DNA of 29,055 nucleotides from a virus (Duplodnaviria; Heunggongvirae; Uroviricota; Caudoviricetes): IMG/VR virus record IMGVR_UViG_2565956610_000009, positions 1 to 29,055 of that record; one strand, 5' to 3'. Shown piece by piece: positions 8,854 to 16,886 of this stretch (position 1 is its first letter; each line of letters starts with the position of its first letter). The notes under the pieces were generated by a model. It saw only the letters and a program-made list of their open reading frames with translations, ran no database searches and was not told where the DNA came from. The position numbers and the translations under genes were made by a program.

Positions 8854-9525
8854 TTATACGCAAACGTCGTCTAAATGGTTCTGATAATGATGCAAAGTTG
8901 CAAGAAGTGCCACTTCATCAAGTGCTCTCACCGCCTCTTTCATTCCTACCCAGTGCAGGGAGTATGTTTCGCACCAGGTGGAACGAGAAACCGACAGCAT
9001 TCCTGCTAGGGTAGATCCGGCCATCTCCTTAAAATCCTCGCGTTTATTTGCTGCTGCGACCGCCTGCACGGACAACCACACCAACGAAAGCAGGCGCTTA
9101 ACTACTTTTCTCTGAGTTGACGCGGGGATGTTTCCTTTATAGCGACTCCAGACAGCCTCACAAATAGCTGTTTGGTGTTTGAATGCCAGGTTACCACCGT
9201 AGCAATAACGCAACCACGCTTGCTGACTTGCATCCAGCGAGTTCACAGAACGCCGCCAGGATGAATCAGCAAATTCAAAATCACTCATCGGCGGCGCGGG
9301 GCGACGTCTGCTGAAACTTTCCAGAGCGTAAACTGGCGTAACCAGAGCATCAACGGTCCGGTCCTCCAGCTGCACACGGTGAATATGTTTGCGTGGGTAT
9401 GCGTTTTTGTCTGCCGGTGGGTGCTCACACAATGCTTCCAGTTGCCCCTTAGAACCACCAGACAAATCCCGCAATGCAGCGCGCAGTTTTATGCGGGTAT
9501 ATTCCAATAAATACTCGTTACTCAT
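8854..9525 (-). CDS. Putative late-gene antiterminator (Q-like by position)
   Basis: 223-aa ORF immediately upstream of the terminator and lysis cassette, SD GAGGAG; sequence is not lambda-Q-like, so the call rests on synteny. Confidence 0.45.
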   Translation of the reverse strand: MSNEYLLEYTRIKLRAALRDLSGGSKGQLEALCEHPPADKNAYPRKHIHRVQLEDRTVDALVTPVYALESFSRRRPAPPMSDFEFADSSWRRSVNSLDASQQAWLRYCYGGNLAFKHQTAICEAVWSRYKGNIPASTQRKVVKRLLSLVWLSVQAVAAANKREDFKEMAGSTLAGMLSVSRSTWCETYSLHWVGMKEAVRALDEVALLATLHHYQNHLDDVCV

Positions 9526-9818
9526 CAGATAAACTCCTCATCGCGCCAGATAGCCAGTGTTCTGAAAACTCCCTCAGCGTGCATCAACAACAATGAGTCG
9601 TGCTCGTAATCCGTTTTTGTACGTCCGTCGATGGCATCGTGACACGCACTGCAGGCGATAGCGCCCTGCATATCGTGAGGTTTGATGGCTGTGCCGCACG
9701 TTCCGGCGAGACGATAATGAGCCAGTACGCTGGTTTCAGGATTGTGATTGCACACACCGGGGATACGCACAGTACAAGCGCGACTGCGTGCAGCTTTTCT
9801 CAGGTCGATTTTTTTCAT
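9525..9818 (-). CDS. ybcO: YbcO-like protein (DUF1364, putative Zn-binding nuclease)
   Basis: Matches my recollection of DLP12 YbcO (DLRKAARSRACTVRIPGVCNHNPETSVLAH, multiple Cys/His); start overlaps the upstream gene stop. Confidence 0.75.
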   Translation of the reverse strand: MKKIDLRKAARSRACTVRIPGVCNHNPETSVLAHYRLAGTCGTAIKPHDMQGAIACSACHDAIDGRTKTDYEHDSLLLMHAEGVFRTLAIWRDEEFI

Positions 9819-10411
9819 GATGTGTAATCCAGCAGCTGCGCGGCGGCATTTTCAGCGGCCTCCTGAGAGGCAAATGTGCGGAACAAAATATAATTCCACA
9901 GCACATCTAAAACGGCTGAATACAGTTGACCGAACTCAAGATCGTCCATCGCTGCAAACGAGATTGAACGAGGTACGCGCATCAAACTGCCGTCTGGCAT
10001 CTGATGAACGTCATAAAACCCAGCTTCCATAATCGCCCATGCGCGAAACGCCTCGAACGACTTCACCGCACTGATACTCCCCGCGCGCTTTTCCGACTCA
10101 TCGAGAAGATACTGATCAGCCAGCTCTGCCATGACATCACCGTGTCCACCGTAATACGCCAGTAACTTAACGTAGCCGTGAACCAGTTCGCGCTCCGCAG
10201 GAGAAATAGCCCCTCCGGACGGATGCCAGTAATCAAAGCCCAGGTTGAGAAGTGAGAAAAATTTACGATGAAACGCGGGATTACGCGCCTGTTTGAAATC
10301 TGCATACACAACAGCACCTGGTTTGACTCGTTCAGTCAACCAGCGTTGCGTGTCTGGTGTCGCGGGTATTAGCGAACCGCCGGATACCCTGATAAATGAA
10401 TGCTGCGCCAT
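9815..10411 (-). CDS. Conserved nin-region protein, YbcN/DUF1367-like
   Basis: 198-aa ORF with SD GGAG; FHRKFF-LLNLGF motif recalls YbcN-family proteins; family assignment is from memory. Confidence 0.5.
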   Translation of the reverse strand: MAQHSFIRVSGGSLIPATPDTQRWLTERVKPGAVVYADFKQARNPAFHRKFFSLLNLGFDYWHPSGGAISPAERELVHGYVKLLAYYGGHGDVMAELADQYLLDESEKRAGSISAVKSFEAFRAWAIMEAGFYDVHQMPDGSLMRVPRSISFAAMDDLEFGQLYSAVLDVLWNYILFRTFASQEAAENAAAQLLDYTS

Positions 10412-10488
10412 GGTTAACTCCAGGTGGCGCGGCAGTGTTCAGAAAATGATGCCGGGTGTTCAATCCAGCACCGATATTATACCGTGTT

Positions 10489-10668
10489 TTACGCGTCAGG
10501 GGGTGTAATAGTATATCCAGCTATTTCTGCCAACTCGAGAAACGCCATCAGGCTGGCAATCCGCTCATCATCGGTCAGAACACGCACACCAACGATGTGT
10601 CCGTCCTTACGCTTGATAACAGCCCGGCATGTTTCCGGTAGTTCGCCTATAGATTCTTGAATATTCAT
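10489..10668 (-). CDS. Small protein (59 aa) transcribed from a LexA-box-containing promoter
   Basis: ATG at 10668 preceded by GGGGGGAAG SD; LexA box 23 bp upstream overlapping a TATAAA -10 element. ORF-track start 10689 is an upstream extension. Confidence 0.5.
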   Translation of the reverse strand: MNIQESIGELPETCRAVIKRKDGHIVGVRVLTDDERIASLMAFLELAEIAGYTITPPDA

Positions 10669-10690
10669 GTCTTCCCCCCAATGCCACAAC

Positions 10691-10706
10691 CTGTATATTT
10701 ATACAG
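10691..10706. promoter_or_regulatory. LexA (SOS) box
   Basis: CTGTATATTTATACAG fits CTGT-N8-ACAG with an AT-rich core close to the E. coli consensus; flanked by ATGCCA / TGGCAT inverted repeat; minus-strand promoter elements ATGACA-N17-TATAAA overlap it. Confidence 0.7.
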
Positions 10707-10819
10707 TATTTTATGGCATTTGTCATAACGCCAAATACAATGAGGGAATAATGAACAATTATATTCACGTCGTGAATTTTATTAAACGGTTTTATAGGGG
10801 ATTAAACCGTTTATGGTCA

Positions 10820-11461
10820 TTATTTATCACTCCTGTAAATTGGAATTAACCATTTTCTAATCGTCGACGCTGCAGGTGGGTCAGAGTATTTCGCCACAAA
10901 AATACCGGATATGTATTGCACGCCACGCGATAATGGCGCTGTCGGGTTTTCAGTAAAAAAACGATCAGCCAGTTCAATGGCTTCGCTTTTTAATCTGTGC
11001 TGTGGTCGTCCTCCGCCCTTTGTTCCCAGGTATCGCGCCAGTTGTTTGAAACGGTAGGCGATGATTAACGGTCGCATCATCATATTGAAAAAATCGCGGG
11101 CATCGTTGTCAGCGCCTTGCGCTATCAACAGTGCAAAAAACAGATACGGGATTATGTACACTTCAGGAGATATACGAACCCGTTCACAAGTTGGTGGAGC
11201 CAACTCAATAAGTAAGTCAGCCAGCGGATTCCCCTTTTCTCCACGTTTGTAATAGCGATACAGCGGCCCGATATCAAGTTCACTCACGTCGATTTCAGGA
11301 TGCCCGGCAACGACTGTACGTATCTCTTCTGCCAGAGCGTCAAATATTGCCCCGGTCCGTTCAAGATAGAGCCTCCGGGTCGAACCGCGATCATCCAACG
11401 CCCGTAACATATCTAACCGGCTAACGAAAGTTTCAGGCCAGTCCTCATAGAAGGTTTTCAT
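10820..11461 (-). CDS. Hypothetical protein (214 aa)
   Basis: ATG at 11461 with GAGGT SD (track start 11497 is an upstream extension); no family recognised; promoter region carries a TGCAC-N2-TTTGCAC motif. Confidence 0.6.
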   Translation of the reverse strand: MKTFYEDWPETFVSRLDMLRALDDRGSTRRLYLERTGAIFDALAEEIRTVVAGHPEIDVSELDIGPLYRYYKRGEKGNPLADLLIELAPPTCERVRISPEVYIIPYLFFALLIAQGADNDARDFFNMMMRPLIIAYRFKQLARYLGTKGGGRPQHRLKSEAIELADRFFTENPTAPLSRGVQYISGIFVAKYSDPPAASTIRKWLIPIYRSDK

Positions 11462-11704
11462 AATTACCTCGAATAATAAAAACTGCACTATTTGCACAAT
11501 TTATTATTCGTTTTCACGCCGCTGAGTTCTATAAAAAAGAAAAAACCTCCGAGGCAGGGTTTTGTTATGGCTCGTTAAATCATCATCCAACTTTTTAGAC
11601 TGAACGGTGATACTTGCAAATATTTGAAAATATGGGCTGGAACCCTATCTTATGATGTGCCTGGTAATTTATATTGTTGGGTCTTTATATCATGAGGAAT
11701 CACT

Positions 11705-11938
11705 ATGGGTACGTTAGGCAACCAGCCGTGCAGAAGTCGTTATGAGTTCGATGATTTTAATTTAGCCAATCGAGCTGCGGCTCTTACTAAGTTAGCAAAA
11801 GAAACTGGTGTATCGGTGGATACCTTAATCAAACTTGAAATTGCTATGCAACTGAATCGGCTCAACTCCATCCTTATCGAAAACGGTGACAAGATGGACG
11901 AGAATCTGGCAGGTATTGGCGAGATACTGCAGAAGTGA
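11705..11938 (+). CDS. Small protein (77 aa), possible HTH
   Basis: Good SD (GAGGAA) before ATG at 11705; segment LAKETGVSVDTLIKLE is HTH-like; followed by a hairpin. Confidence 0.5.
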   Translation: MGTLGNQPCRSRYEFDDFNLANRAAALTKLAKETGVSVDTLIKLEIAMQLNRLNSILIENGDKMDENLAGIGEILQK

Positions 11939-11944
11939 GAGTAG

Positions 11945-11960
11945 CCCCTCTTCTGAGGGG
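11945..11960 (+). terminator. Terminator-like hairpin
   Basis: CCCCTC-TTCT-GAGGGG stem-loop 7 nt after the stop; downstream U-tract is weak. Confidence 0.4.
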
Positions 11961-12237
11961 TTGCACATTTAAAATATTAAGGGCGGTCTTCTTCACGTAC
12001 ACAGTCACCTGGTCGAATCGTTCACGCATACTGAGTACAAAAAATCTCAACGATAAGATCAGGTTAGACCTGTATTTTCCAGAAACATATAGACGCCTAA
12101 AAAAACACTAAACTCATGATTATCATGTATGTTTTTACTGGAAACATTGAACCATCCACAATACAGCGTAAAAAGCAAGCAATTCACAAGATTTTAAAGT
12201 GATTTATCTGGAAGACTTTACTACTAACAGTTAATAT

Positions 12238-12282
12238 CGTACCAGAAGTGCAGAATTTGCACTTTTACAGGAATGTGGTACG
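12238..12282. promoter_or_regulatory. Nested palindrome, candidate operator upstream of the metallopeptidase gene
   Basis: Outer inverted repeat CGTACC...GGTACG enclosing inner GTGCA-GAATT-TGCAC, about 55 bp before the start at 12337. Confidence 0.4.
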
Positions 12283-12336
12283 GAACATGCTGTCTATATT
12301 TCAACCAATAATCGTAATGCAGTAACTGGAGGAGCT

Positions 12337-12825
12337 ATGGCTACCAACCCAAGAGAGCACGCCCGGCGAGTGCTGGACACGTTCTGGTGCGGGCGTGGTT
12401 TCCCTGTTGATCCAGCGAAAATTGCTCACGACATGGGATTAGATGTTTTTATTACCGATCTTCCTGGGAAAGTTTCTGGCGCACTGATTAAACAAAAAGA
12501 TCAAGATCCAGCGATCTTTCTAAACAGTGATGACAACAAAGTTCGTCAACGTTTTTCATGTGGGCATGAGTTGGGGCATTACATCGCCCGGCAAGCATCG
12601 CATAGCGATGAATATGAGTACGTTGATTTACGTGGCGAAACCGCAAGCGCCGGAACGCATCCTGATGAAATTTTTGCAAACAAGTTCGCAGCAGAACTTC
12701 TGATGCCGGTAGATGAGGTCAGAAAACTGCACGCTGACGGTCAACCAAGTTATATAATGGCGCATTATTTTGGCGTATCTGACGATGCGATGACTTATCG
12801 TTTAAAGAACTTGAGGTTGGGGTAA
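12337..12825 (+). CDS. ImmA/IrrE-family Zn metallopeptidase (Peptidase M78 / DUF955)
   Basis: HEXXH motif in CGHELGHYI and downstream EIFANKFAAELLMP, the characteristic M78 signature; strong SD GGAGG. Confidence 0.8.
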   Translation: MATNPREHARRVLDTFWCGRGFPVDPAKIAHDMGLDVFITDLPGKVSGALIKQKDQDPAIFLNSDDNKVRQRFSCGHELGHYIARQASHSDEYEYVDLRGETASAGTHPDEIFANKFAAELLMPVDEVRKLHADGQPSYIMAHYFGVSDDAMTYRLKNLRLG

Positions 12826-12834
12826 CGCTTTAAA

Positions 12835-13440
12835 ATGCCATCGGATGACGATTTTAACAGCCGTTTCAAACAGGAAGTAGCACGCAGACTGAAGGATTCC
12901 CTCAACCTACACCGTCAGTTAGCAGAAGAGGTTGAGCCGGAGGACGATGAAACTCCGGTTCAGTCTCCTGACGAAGCTTCACCTCAGCCAAAGGTTTCGC
13001 ACGCCCCCAAAAAAACGGCTGTCCGTATTCGCGGAATAGCCAGAAAAAGAGCTGCCGAAGCTCGCAAAATGGCTGTAGCTGCGTCTAGCAAAAGAATTCC
13101 AACTGCTACACCCTCTCAACAAGTCACCCGTACTGAGAGTAAAATCTTGACCGAGTTCACATCTGTGAAACAGGTGAATTCACTTGATACCGAGCATGAG
13201 CGCAAACAACTCAACAACAAAGATTTTGAAGCAGAAATCGCTCTAAAAAAACGATACGGGAAATGGTTCCTGATTATCCTTGCTTTCCAACTTCTGATAA
13301 TGAATGGTGTATTTATTGCCGACGGCGCAGGTAAGCTGGAATTTGAGGATTTAACACTACAGTTGTACATGGGCGGTACTTTGACAGAGGTATTCGGCCT
13401 CGTGCTGGTCGTGACAAAATACCTTTTTAAACGCAAGTAA
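12835..13440 (+). CDS. Membrane protein with charged, low-complexity N-terminal region and two C-terminal TM helices
   Basis: Starts 9 nt after the peptidase stop (operon); hydrophobic segments WFLIILAFQLLIMNGVFIA and GGTLTEVFGLVLVVT; last 24 codons are duplicated at 16791-16862. Confidence 0.65.
   Translation: MPSDDDFNSRFKQEVARRLKDSLNLHRQLAEEVEPEDDETPVQSPDEASPQPKVSHAPKKTAVRIRGIARKRAAEARKMAVAASSKRIPTATPSQQVTRTESKILTEFTSVKQVNSLDTEHERKQLNNKDFEAEIALKKRYGKWFLIILAFQLLIMNGVFIADGAGKLEFEDLTLQLYMGGTLTEVFGLVLVVTKYLFKRK
13369..13440 (+). repeat. Direct repeat copy A (72 bp, 3' end of the membrane-protein gene)
   Basis: About 92 percent identical to 16791-16862; both encode MGGTLTEVFGLVLVV(T/V)KYLFKRK plus stop. 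Confidence 0.9.
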
Positions 13441-13464
13441 CTCTCTCGGTCCAACAGTCTTTCG

Positions 13465-13486
13465 AAGGCCCTGATCAAAGGGCCTT
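13465..13486 (+). terminator. Rho-independent terminator
   Basis: Perfect 8-bp stem AAGGCCCT / AGGGCCTT with loop GATCAA, 25 bp after the stop at 13440, followed by an A/T-rich stretch. Confidence 0.55.
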
Positions 13487-13685
13487 GATAAATTAGCAGT
13501 GCGTTGAAAACAGATAGTTATTCCCATCAGTTCCAACGTAATACACATCAAAAAAATCACCATTCTTTTGCTCTAACGTCAACACCTACCCTTAAAAAAA
13601 TAATTCTCCAAGAATGAGAAAGTTATTGTGTGTATTAGATAAGATATGAGCTGACACATCTATGGCGTGGAGCCAAATTTAATAT

Positions 13686-13717
13686 GACAGTCCGCTCTGT
13701 GCCATAAGCGGACTGTC
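13686..13717 (-). terminator. Strong hairpin downstream of the minus-strand gene 13903..14601
   Basis: Perfect 10-bp stem GACAGTCCGC / GCGGACTGTC with 12-nt loop, flanked by A/T-rich sequence. Confidence 0.4.
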
Positions 13718-13902
13718 AATAAACAGATTCACTTGTAAATCTTGAAGCTATACATATTTACTTTCAATGATAAATAAAAGAACTATCCAAAAATCACTGA
13801 GAGCATATTTTAACTAACCCTCCGCTACTATTAACATAAATTTCACCCAACCATAATTAAATTGATACATATAGCAACTTACCTTGATACGAATCATCTG
13901 GG

Positions 13903-14601
13903 TTATATTTTTCCATATTTTTTTCCGTCAAATCGAATCATGCCAGGATCAAGAAAATTAATTAAATCGATTAACGCGTGCTGTATTCTGATTAGCCTTT
14001 CTTTATAAATTCCGATATCTCTTGTCATATTTATCACTTCATTGTTTAAATCTAAAAAAAATGGCTCATTGATAAAGCAATTTTCCTTTGTGAAACTGCC
14101 GTAACCTATGCAATCAAATCCAGTATCTGTTGATATCAGCATCTTTTCTGCAATAGCTCTCTGCTCTCCTATGAAAAACATAAAATACTGACCAAAGACG
14201 TCTGTTTGGATTAATGAGTTAATATTGTTCTGTAATCTAATAAACTCCCTCATTTTTTTATTTTTTTCTAGGCTAAGGTATTGAATGTCTATGCGGGCAG
14301 CTTCTGTCCATGCAAAAAACTGGGAAAAAAGAAAAACAGTATTGTTGATAACATAATCTTGTTGGCGCTTATTCCCATTATGATAAAACTCTTCAATGAA
14401 CCCCAATTCTAATATATTATAAATACGGCTTTGTAAGTCTGAAGCTGAGCGAATTAACGGTTCAATATAGTACTGATGTTTTCTCCTTACATCCAGTGAT
14501 TCATTGAGCTTGTTTATTCTATTCTGATTATAAGTAGATATAGCAATAGAGATTATAGCTATTGCACCACTAATAAAGCTTGAAATTAATGCCGTACCCA
14601 T
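13903..14601 (-). CDS. Hypothetical protein with N-terminal TM anchor, encoded in AT-rich DNA
   Basis: 232-aa ORF, ATG at 14601 with AGGA SD; N-terminal hydrophobic helix (ALISSFISGAIAIISIAIS); visibly AT-rich codon usage unlike neighbouring phage genes. Confidence 0.65.
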   Translation of the reverse strand: MGTALISSFISGAIAIISIAISTYNQNRINKLNESLDVRRKHQYYIEPLIRSASDLQSRIYNILELGFIEEFYHNGNKRQQDYVINNTVFLFSQFFAWTEAARIDIQYLSLEKNKKMREFIRLQNNINSLIQTDVFGQYFMFFIGEQRAIAEKMLISTDTGFDCIGYGSFTKENCFINEPFFLDLNNEVINMTRDIGIYKERLIRIQHALIDLINFLDPGMIRFDGKKYGKI

Positions 14602-15788
14602 CTAAAAGTCCTTTGATTCTTGCTTGGTTAACAAAATGACATAATTTTATTTAATGCCATAACAACTTAACAATATATCATAATATGATTATTATGGTGT
14701 AGCTTGTCGCATCTACGCTCCATTACAAACAGATGTAAGATATAACCTATATGTTTTAGCCAGCAAATTCGAAAGCATTCAAAGTAGTCTCATCGAACTC
14801 TCGAAACCCTATGTCTTCGGGTATAAAATATTTAAATCCATTTGCATAATATCGACTCATGTTTATTATATTCTCCCCATTCACCATTAAGATTTGACAT
14901 TATTTTCAACAATCGGTTATTGCAAGATTGAAATATATTTTTACTTGACACAATATTCCATGTAGCCCAGCGATTCGACTTACCCCCAACTATACGGACA
15001 ATCTAAATTAAATCGATGATTTTTTGATACATTCTCCTCTCTCCATTACTTTATGTTTTTGTTCCCCAAAAATACCTTGCTCTCTAAAAAATAATTGTTC
15101 TTTAAGTTCAAAATCGAGATCTACATGAGCGTTAGATACAAAGCTAATATGTTGAAATGTCTTTCCCCCCCCATAACGGCATTGTTATCTAAACTATGTT
15201 ACACAAATATAATATTACCCTTTCAACGTAATCCAAGAATAAGATTAATGCCATTATATATATCATAAATATGATATTTTGTATATTTTTATCATTTAGC
15301 CTTGATTGTACTAGGTGTACTCTCAACGAAGTAGGGAAAGTCTGTTCCTCGCTCACAGCTGCCCTTCAGTAAGCGAAAAAATGCCTACTCGGTGCCATAT
15401 ACAGCCATTGTTATTAACAGCAGGGAATAATTCAAAACTGAAATTAAATATCTACCTTTTACAGTAGAAATAGTTCCTCCAGGACACTATCCATTGCCGG
15501 GCACAATCACTCGGGGTATAACGATATAAAATATGTTCATGATAGTGCAGGTTCGTATATTAAGTTCAGCAGCGAAAACATGCCTTACAGGTTTCCGGTT
15601 TTGGGAGCGTCGTTACAGGATCCTGCGCATACCGTTCCCATCTGTTGAATTAAAGGTTTCACAGCCTTTGCCGATATCACCTTTTACCTTACCTGTGATG
15701 CGTTCAGTGCTCAGCGTTGTTTACTGTAGCTCTCGGGACTGATTACAGACCGCGTCTTAAAAACCAATCCTTACTCTAAAGGGAATTC

Positions 15789-16712
15789 ATGAGATTAAAA
15801 TACTCAGTACTCTTACTCGCCATTGCCCTTACAGGCTGTGATAACAAAAAAGATGAGATCGGTTGTTCTTCGGAAATAACCCAGTCAGCTCTCATGGATT
15901 TATTAAAAAAATCTGCTTATGAAGGACTCTCTGAACAGGTCGATAAATACCCTGATGTCACTAATCAGACCAAACGAAGCACACTGGACAAGATCAAACT
16001 AGCCATCTCTGAGATCTCCACAACATCAAGTGACACGGGCAGCACAATGAAAACTTGTGAAGGGACCGTGACGATGACTCTATCTGCGAACGAGTACGTC
16101 CAGCTTTCAGATGCTTACAGAAAGAATTTTAATCGTAATCTCGATAAGCAAATGGAAAGCCTGTTTTTGGAGAACAACGCAAACGCCTTTTCAAAACGTA
16201 TCACCTACACCGTGCAGGCGACCGACGATCAGAAAAACGTTTTTGTAAAAACCTCTACTGATAATCCGATATCAGTGGGCGCCGCTTTACTGACATCGCT
16301 TTCCATTATCACCCCGATCGTTGAGCAGCAGAAAATCCAGCAGGCTAAGGATGCCCAACAGAGTCAAATTGAAGCGGAACAACAGGTGCAACTCAGGGCG
16401 CAAGAACAGGCTAAGTATGAGGCGGAGAAGCAAATAGAGAGACAGGCACAACTTCAGCCGCAAAAAGCTGACAACCTTGATCAGTCCCGAATGGCATTTG
16501 CGAATGCCGACTCTGATTTGAGTACCGTCTGGAGCAAGTTAACCCCGGCGAAGAAAAAAGATTTGCTGCCTTCTCAGCGTCAGTGGATCAAAACTAAGGA
16601 TGCTATGTGCGGTAAAGTTTCAATGCAGGGAACAGATGCTGAAGTCAAGAAAATGGTCGACTGCCAGACGCAAATGACCCTTTCAAGAATCGCTTTCCTC
16701 AGAAACCAATAA
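15789..16712 (+). CDS. Lipoprotein with Gln-rich coiled-coil region and C-terminal DUF1311/LprI-like two-Cys motif
   Basis: Signal peptide with lipobox LTGC; central QQKIQQAKDAQQSQIEAEQQVQLRAQEQAKYEAEKQ repeat region; C-terminal QRQWIKTKDAMC...VDCQ resembles the DUF1311 pattern. Confidence 0.75.
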   Translation: MRLKYSVLLLAIALTGCDNKKDEIGCSSEITQSALMDLLKKSAYEGLSEQVDKYPDVTNQTKRSTLDKIKLAISEISTTSSDTGSTMKTCEGTVTMTLSANEYVQLSDAYRKNFNRNLDKQMESLFLENNANAFSKRITYTVQATDDQKNVFVKTSTDNPISVGAALLTSLSIITPIVEQQKIQQAKDAQQSQIEAEQQVQLRAQEQAKYEAEKQIERQAQLQPQKADNLDQSRMAFANADSDLSTVWSKLTPAKKKDLLPSQRQWIKTKDAMCGKVSMQGTDAEVKKMVDCQTQMTLSRIAFLRNQ

Positions 16713-16726
16713 CTGAAGTCTCCTTC

Positions 16727-16760
16727 AAGCTGGCGCCAGGTGTTAACCTGGTGCCAGCTT
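16727..16760 (+). terminator. Hairpin terminator after the lipoprotein gene
   Basis: AAGCTGGCGCCAGG / CCTGGTGCCAGCTT 14-bp stem (one mismatch) with loop TGTTAA, 15 bp after the stop. Confidence 0.5.
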
Positions 16761-16790
16761 AGTCATCAAGTGCATATGTAACTGTTTTAT

Positions 16791-16862
16791 ATGGGCGGTA
16801 CTTTGACAGAGGTATTCGGTCTCGTGCTGGTCGTGGTCAAATACCTTTTTAAGCGCAAATAG
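16791..16862 (+). repeat. Direct repeat copy B (72-bp remnant of a membrane-protein gene 3' end)
   Basis: ATG plus 22 codons plus TAG nearly identical to 13369-13440; reading frame closed by TAA 12 nt upstream, so it is a remnant and not an intact gene. Confidence 0.9.
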
Positions 16863-16886
16863 AGTATTTCCGCCCCAAACAACCTG

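Noticed and set aside
10750-10845. 31-aa plus-strand ORF downstream of the LexA box (MNNYIHVVNFIKRF...)
   Set aside because: Considered as an SOS-induced small toxin, but it is not hydrophobic, its SD spacing is poor, and the LexA box is better placed for the minus-strand gene at 10668.
14740-14900. Small minus-strand ORF (33-43 aa, MSRYYANGFKYFIPEDIGFREFDETTLNAFEFAG) in the AT-rich spacer
   Set aside because: Below the ORF-track threshold, only a moderate SD, and AT-rich DNA readily produces such short frames; not supportable without conservation or expression data.
15165-15172. Poly-C tract of 8 residues in the AT-rich intergenic region
   Set aside because: It could be a slipped-strand phase-variation site, but no ORF on either strand spans it, so there is no evidence that it switches anything.
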